Assembly (NCBI GenBank): GCA_965178125.1 | Contig: OZ237743.1 | Coordinates: 1,302,001 to 1,366,000, forward strand | DNA from: Bilabrum cf. latius | Taxonomy: Eukaryota | Direction of reading: 5' to 3' | DNA length: 64,000 bases | Shown: positions 58,301 to 64,000 of the stretch, one piece after another | Position numbering within the stretch: the first letter of the stretch is position 1 | How the letters are laid out: each line of letters starts with the position of its first letter | Translations under genes and position numbers: made by a program | The notes under the pieces: model-generated | Database searches by the model: none | What the model was told of the DNA's origin: nothing | Seen by the model: only the letters and a program-made list of their open reading frames with translations

Positions 58301-60904
58301 CGGCTGAAGAAGGAGTACGACTCGGCAGGCTTCTTGACGGACGGGCAGAGGGACTGGGTCGGGTAGTAGAGGAAGCTCGCGAGGGCCAGCCCCGAAGCAA
58401 TGACTCGAATGCCATCCGACACCAAGGCAAACGCGTGCCGCCGTCAGGTCTTCTTGCTAGTGAACAGCAGCTGGTTCCGGTGGGTCATCATCGCGTGCAT
58501 CAGTCTGAACATCGTCGCGCTTGGGATCAACTATGCCGAGGAGAGCGATGGGTACGCTCTTGCACTGGAAATCATAAACTATGTCTTCAGCCTGGTGTTT
58601 CTGGCAGAAGCCATCCTTAAGCTATATGGCATGGGGGTGGACCAGTACTTCGTGTCGCCGTGGAACCAATTTGATTTCGTGGTTGTGCTGGGCTCGATCG
58701 CCGACGTGATTTGCGCCAGCATCAACTTCCCGCTTGGTGTACTCCTGGCTAGGATATTCAGGATCATGCGCGTCCTTCGCGTCGTGCGACTAGGCAAGGA
58801 GATCAACAGCTTGCGGAGGCTGATCCTCACCCTATGGGCGGCAATCCCCTCCCTGATCAACGTGGGGTCCCTGCTGCTGCTGCTATTTTTCATCTACGCA
58901 ATCATGGGCGTGCAGAGCTTCGGGCACATAACCCTTGGAGAGTCTATCGATGCCCACACCAACTTCTTTAACTTCACGAACGCTCTCCTGACCCTGTTCC
59001 GCATCTCGACCGGAGAGGGCTGGGAGGGCATCATGTTCGACTGCATGGTGGAGGAGCACGGCGGAGCTGCGATCGCTCCGCTGTACTTTGTGAGCTTCGT
59101 GACCATTGCTTCGTTCGTTATGCTCAACCTTTTCATCACCATCATCGTGGACGAGTTCGAGCAGCAGGAGCAGGAGTCGGCGGGTATGACGGAAGGGCAC
59201 CTCCGCGCCTTCAACATGGTGTGGAAGTTCTTCGACCCGGCGGGGACTGGTCGCATCCCGGTGGCATACCTCGAGCCATTCCTCCGTCACCTGCCGCCCC
59301 CCATGGGCATCTCCACTCCTCAGGACGACGAGGACGCCTTGAATGCCGCTCGCAGCGAGGCTGCTTCCGACAAAGGGGGCCAGCGCTCCCTGCAGGCCCT
59401 GGAGATGAAGCGGGACCGGGCCACATTTTAGGCATTCCTGGCGCGCCTCAAGCAGCTGGACCTGACCTCGTACGAGAGGCACGTGCACTACAGCGAGCTG
59501 CTGCTGGCGGTGCACCGGACCAGCTTCGGCTCGGACATCCCCGAAGAGGTCATGGCCTCGCTGGGGCTGGACCGGGCCCGCATCCGGGCCAAGATCGAGA
59601 AGAAGGCCCTGAGACAGGCTGCTCGCAGGCGGCTGCTCAAGCAGTACGCGCAGGCAGCGGGTGCGTCCTAGAAGGAGGCCTCCGCGATGGTGCGGGCCGC
59701 GGAGGAGCAGGAGAGGAGCGACGCGGGGCTGGATCCCGCCCCGCCCGCGCGGAAACGTGGCGGCATAGGCAAGGCAGCTGGCGGCAAGAATCTCAAGAAG
59801 AAGGGAAAGTCCAAGGCCACGCTTGTGCATAAGGTTATGGCGGACGTGGCAGTGTTTGCAGCTGGCAGCGATGTGCGCCAGCTGGAGGACATGGTGCAGG
59901 TACGCACGCAGAAGCACAGCGTGGCCGAGCTGATGGCCTCGGTAGCCATCGTGAACGCGTTCAGAGCCTGGAGGAAGCGCATCCGGAGGCAGGCCAAGCT
60001 CAGGGCGCAGCACGAGGCAGCCGTGCGGAGAGCTGTGGTTGCCATCGCGGGGTCGGAGTCTGCGGCCGTCGCGTCGCTGGCTGGGTCTCCGAGCCCTAAG
60101 CGGGCAATCTCGCGCGGACTTTCCAGGGGAGGCGTGGCGTCGTCTGCGGCATCGGGTGCGGCACTTGCTGCCGACAAAGTGACTGGTAAGCCGCCAGCTG
60201 TACCCCGGGACAGCAAGATGGGCGCGGGCTCGGTGGGACGCGACCGAGGGACGTGGGGAGGCCAATCTAAGCAAAGGTCAGACGAACTCCCGGCCTCCTA
60301 GGCCAGTGCTGACCCAGAGCTTGGTGGGCCTGCGCAGTCGCGCCCTGCCGCTTCTGCAGCTGCGAAACTGGTGAGGAGCAGCACCAGCAATGGCTCGCCG
60401 GCCCAACCGCAAGCGAAGAGTGCCACAGCTCAAGCACCTGCACCGGCACCTGCACCCGCGCCGGCACCTGCACCTGCACCTGCACCTGCACCTGCACCTG
60501 CACCTGCACCTGCACCTGCACCTGCACCTGCACCTGCACGTGCACGTGCACATGTCCCAGAGTCCGCACGAGCTGGGCGGCAAGCATCTGAGTCTCTGGT
60601 AGCCAGTCGTTCCGGGCATAGCGATGATGCCGGGGGTCGCCTGGAGCAGCAGGACAAGAGCTTCTCAGGTGCCATGGTTGAGGACTAGGGTGACAGGCAG
60701 TCATCGGAAGTATCGGGTACAAGGAAGGCAAAGAAGGCGTCCCGTCCCAAACTTACGCCGGAGGAACTGCTGGCTAGGACCGAACGTGCCTTGGAGGCAG
60801 TCATGCGCCTGAAGAAGCACAAGAAAGTTGGCAGCCAAGCGCGTGGTGGCTCCAGCGAATCAAAGCTTGCAGGTGGAGAAGCAAGCAACACAGGTGGTCA
60901 ATAA
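52355..60904 (+). CDS. Four-domain voltage-gated Ca2+ channel alpha subunit (EEEE filter), intronless, ~2,850 aa; 18 in-frame TAG
   Basis: Four S1-S6 repeats with Arg-rich S4s. Pore motifs TLEGW, AGEAW, SGEGW, TGEGW. C-terminal EF-hand-like WKFFDPAGTGRI and IQ-like IVNAFRAWR. All pieces are in frame +2 separated only by TAG. Ends TAA 60902-60904. Confidence 0.93.
60433..60550 (+). repeat. (GCACCT)n hexanucleotide microsatellite encoding a Pro-Ala run in the channel C-terminal tail
   Basis: Directly visible tandem gcacct units. Confidence 0.9.
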
Positions 60905-61047
60905 TGTTATATGAATCGTAATACCGTTTGTTGTTATAACTAATGTAGAGCGCGATAGCTGCGTTCCATTCCGATTCCGCAGCATTCGCGAGAGCAAACC
61001 AAACTACACTCCATCCCTGGTCTATTAGCATTTTAGCCTCTGAAGTG

Positions 61048-62016
61048 ATGAATAAACCAACCGCTGGAGTTCAAGAGGTCTAGCGAAGACGGTGGGATAA
61101 AGATGAGTACGAGAGGCGAGCGGCAGCACGCCGAGAAGGCCTTGAACATCTGGCCACTGATGGGGAGTGGCATGGAAAAGACAGAGCCGACAAACTTGCT
61201 GCCGCAGAAGAGCTCATTGGGAATCAGGCTCGCAGTGAGGTGGACGCTGATGCAGACAAGCTGCAGGAGAAATCTATATCGGTATTGAGCGCTGGCCCGA
61301 ACGCGCAAGGTCCAGCGATGAGCAAGAGGGCATGGCTCAAGAAGCGCGACTTTGACGTAAGCGTAGACAATAGAATAGGATAGCGCTCCATAATTACGGC
61401 TGGGGCAGTAGGCGTGCACGGCGGAGGATTCTACTGCCCGGTTACAAAGGTCACTCTGAAGGATTCCCAGTCCTATCTAGATCACATCAATGGCCGGAAA
61501 TATCAGAAAGCACTTGGTTATGGAATGCGGGCAGAGCGATCAACAGCGTCTGATGTTCGATCGAAACTGAAAAGCCTTCTGGAGCCGAAAGCGGGAGTGG
61601 CAACGGCGGCACCTGCTGAATCAGCAAAAGAAAGGCGAAAAAGGAAGAGAGAACAGCAGAAAGCAGAGAAAGCACGAGACAATGGGTTAGGTGGGATGAT
61701 GGATGCGCAATCAATTGCACAGCAGCTGGGTCTGGCAATGTCTCAGCAAGGCGGTGCAAATGCTGGACAACCGGCTAGTGCAGCTAGCATACAGTCACTG
61801 GCTAGTTCCGAGTTGGACTCTGAGCCTGCAGCGAAGAGGCCCCGAGTGGGTCCATCCACGCAAGATAGTCAGGCGGACCCGGGCTAGCTCGGTGACGGTC
61901 CCTGGGAGGCGGAGGGCAAGTTTGCTGGTCTGGACGAGGTGCCCGAGGCTGCCATCGACTGGCAGCTGGCACGGGCCATGGGGGTCGAGGTTGCATCGCT
62001 AGGTATGGAACCATGA
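61048..62016 (+). CDS. ZMAT2: ZMAT2/Snu23-like spliceosomal protein; 3 in-frame TAG (61081, 61381, 61885)
   Basis: [TAG]RRRWDKDEYE...LKKRDF...GGFYCPV...KDSQSYLDHINGRK.QKALG..MRAERST...LARAMG; ends TGA. Confidence 0.85.
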
Positions 62017-62068
62017 TTGCGCGCCTGTGCAGTCCCACCCAATTCATTCACTGGCAGTCGTTCCTGTA

Positions 62069-62921
62069 TCAGCCCTTTTCACCAGCCACCTGCTCACCAC
62101 CATCCTTCCCGGGTGCCTACTGCTGCTCAGCTCTCCTCCGCTTCCACATGGCCACTTCCTCCTCGTGCCGCGCTAGAGCCAGCTGCCTCTCCTCCTCCTC
62201 GGTGAGGGGCGCCGCACTGCCGTCCAGAGAGCGAGCCCCGGAACCAATGCCGTCGGCTCCCATCGCAGCGCCACGGAGGGCGCGCTGCAGCCTGGCTCTC
62301 GCAGCCATCTGTGCCTCCTCGATTGCTCCGCTGTCTTTATCCTCATAGAATCTTCGGATTCCCATTGCTGTGTTGATCTGCTGCCGGCGACAAGTGAACC
62401 AAATCACTGACAGCATTCCGAAATATGTTGCGAACCCCCAATTCCTTGTTCGAATAAGACAGCCTGCTGACATGCAGACAGATCGAAAGCAGACATGAAT
62501 GCGCTATAATCAAATGGGGCAAATTACTCAATTAGCCTAGTCGATTGCCACACTCACCTCCAGATTCCTTGAACCGGTGTGCTGCCATTAGTATGCCGCA
62601 CCCTGTTGCCCAAGAGAAGGCCTCAATTGCACATTTCTCCTAGTGAAACGTTCGTAGGCTTTCCATATAATCATTCCATGAGCCCCTCAGTCCTCTGCGG
62701 ACCAGTTCAGACCAGGTCGTTGGCTACGCAGACATCTGCCTCTTCTCTTTCAGCCCTTGCACGTACTCTGAGAGATCTTCGCTTATTTCTCCCTGATCGC
62801 TTCCTATTTCAATTTCTCTCGAGGCGTCACAAGCTGCTTTTCCGCGAGTACCGGCCACGAGGAGACCCGCTGATGCCACAGCGAACTGTACTCGACGAAT
62901 GCGCAAACACCGTGCCAGCAT
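62069..62921 (-). CDS. COX20: COX20-like cytochrome c oxidase assembly factor; intron 62557-62464; 3 in-frame TAG (62724, 62640, 62117)
   Basis: Presequence-like N-terminus; KCAIEAFSWATGCG...HRF...RNWGFATYFG..VIWFTCR fits the two-TM Cys pattern of COX20; ends TGA. Confidence 0.62.
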
Positions 62922-63104
62922 TCGTCGCCGTCAGGTAGAAAAAATTTAATATGTACTTGTTCTGGCGCTGGCTAGAAACCAAACTTGATTAATCTGTCCA
63001 GCTCTACTTGCGTCGAATTGGTTACACACGAACTTCGTGTTGATGAACGTTCCGCAATCGCAGTGCCAGCTGCCAGCTGCGATCGTGCACACGTAGGTCG
63101 AAGA

Positions 63105-63749
63105 ATGGCAGCAGTGTCTGCAAAGTCTGGCTCTCCTCCTTCAGATAAAATGGTTGAAGCTTCGCCGAATCTGCGTTTGCTGTGGCATTTGGGAAACGAA
63201 GGGCTGTTGGAAGGCGGCGATTCGGAACGAAGCGATGATATTAAGGACTACTCTGAAGTGAAATTATTTGGTGATTGTGACATGCGCGTCTACTTGGGTC
63301 GCGGATACGAAAACTTGGAGGAGGTGTGCAAAGCCCTGTGTACGGCTCGCAAGTACAGGCGTTCGCTGCCAGATCTTGGTTCGACAGGTCGGCTCGAGCT
63401 GCCAGGTGAAGACTTCACCGGTCAACTGGAATCTATGCTAGGGCACCATGGAAAAGGTTGGTCAAGCATCAAAGGAGTCGTCACAGATGACACTGGAAGG
63501 ATCGACGAGAAGCATTATCTCAGCCACAAGCTCGAAGATGGAGAATGGGAGCAGAAGGAAACTGCAGGAGACCGACTAGAAGGGACTGCATATACCATGT
63601 GGATAGCTGAAGGCATGGACTTGGACTCAATGAACGTGAAGCAGGGGCACACCGTGCTTGACGATGGCAACCATGCCATACAGGTTCTGCAGCTGGATGG
63701 GGCTACTGGTGGATGGGACTGGTTCATCATTGACAGGGTTACTTCCTGA
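63105..63749 (+). CDS. Hypothetical protein (~214 aa)
   Basis: Uninterrupted globular-looking ORF from ATG 63105 to TGA; no motif recognised. Confidence 0.55.
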   Translation: MAAVSAKSGSPPSDKMVEASPNLRLLWHLGNEGLLEGGDSERSDDIKDYSEVKLFGDCDMRVYLGRGYENLEEVCKALCTARKYRRSLPDLGSTGRLELPGEDFTGQLESMLGHHGKGWSSIKGVVTDDTGRIDEKHYLSHKLEDGEWEQKETAGDRLEGTAYTMWIAEGMDLDSMNVKQGHTVLDDGNHAIQVLQLDGATGGWDWFIIDRVTS

Positions 63750-64000
63750 ACCTCTGTCGGTACTCTATGCACCACCCAACCAAATCGGTCCGGTACGTCG
63801 TAGCTGCTGTATCCAGGTTTCAGAGCATGTTCCTGGAAAGATCCGAGTTGCGGGTATGGTCTCAACGGTGCGAGCCCCTGTCACAACTGTCCTGTTTAGC
63901 AGTTTCGATCTTTCACTGCAACCAAACCATTGCACCATGATCATTTATTGTAAGAAAATGAGGTCAGTGGTACTGTCGGCAGCTGCAGCAGTGCTGCTGC

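Noticed and set aside
58364-58369. Pyrrolysine, selenocysteine or programmed leaky readthrough
   Set aside because: Sec uses TGA and Pyl is prokaryotic and gene-restricted. Leaky readthrough cannot yield full-length product across 16-18 TAGs or tandem TAG-TAG, and I saw no shared downstream context.
52355-60904. TAGs hidden in small in-frame introns (TAG as 3' splice site)
   Set aside because: Real introns here are mostly ~95-150 nt with clear GTRAG donors. Most TAG sites lack such donors, the frame is always preserved, and motif spacing (PIF1 motif Ia, III-IV linker) leaves no room for an intron.
3713-62921. Mass pseudogenisation or sequencing errors as the cause of the internal stops
   Set aside because: Decay or errors would also give TAA, TGA and frameshifts. 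The interruptions are exclusively TAG, on both strands, in genes with intact catalytic motifs.
1-64000. Ciliate-type UAR=Gln code, or a code with all three stops reassigned
   Set aside because: I found no in-frame TAA or TGA within the reconstructed coding frames; both occur at gene ends.
1-64000. A tRNA with a CUA anticodon or an eRF1 gene in this window
   Set aside because: I recognised no tRNA cloverleaf or release-factor gene by eye; the decoding machinery must be sought elsewhere in the genome.

Overview
This is a gene-dense, GC-rich eukaryotic (protist) nuclear region with about 22 genes and few, mostly ~95-150 nt GT-AG introns. The gene content (PEX7, CCDC77, formin, AP-3 mu, a four-domain Ca channel, an AP2 protein) and the Ala/Gly/Ser-rich low-complexity proteins suggest a heterotrophic flagellate, possibly a stramenopile (inference). 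The dominant signal is a non-standard genetic code. The supplied ORFs of 18 genes are fragments of single reading frames broken only by in-frame TAG (about 87 counted by hand, including tandem TAG-TAG), often inside or between conserved domains. I found no in-frame TAA or TGA inside these frames, and the frames end at TAA or TGA. TAG therefore appears to be a sense codon, most likely Gln, while TAA remains a stop: a UAG-only reassignment. Gene models below use TAG=Gln. Secondary points are a membrane-anchored tandem Cu-only-like SOD + TSP1 protein, a PH-formin with a non-polyproline FH1 region, a split RING-CH, gene conversion between tandem lipocalins, a pair of novel MGLC-start paralogs and an atypical island with a 153-bp duplication.
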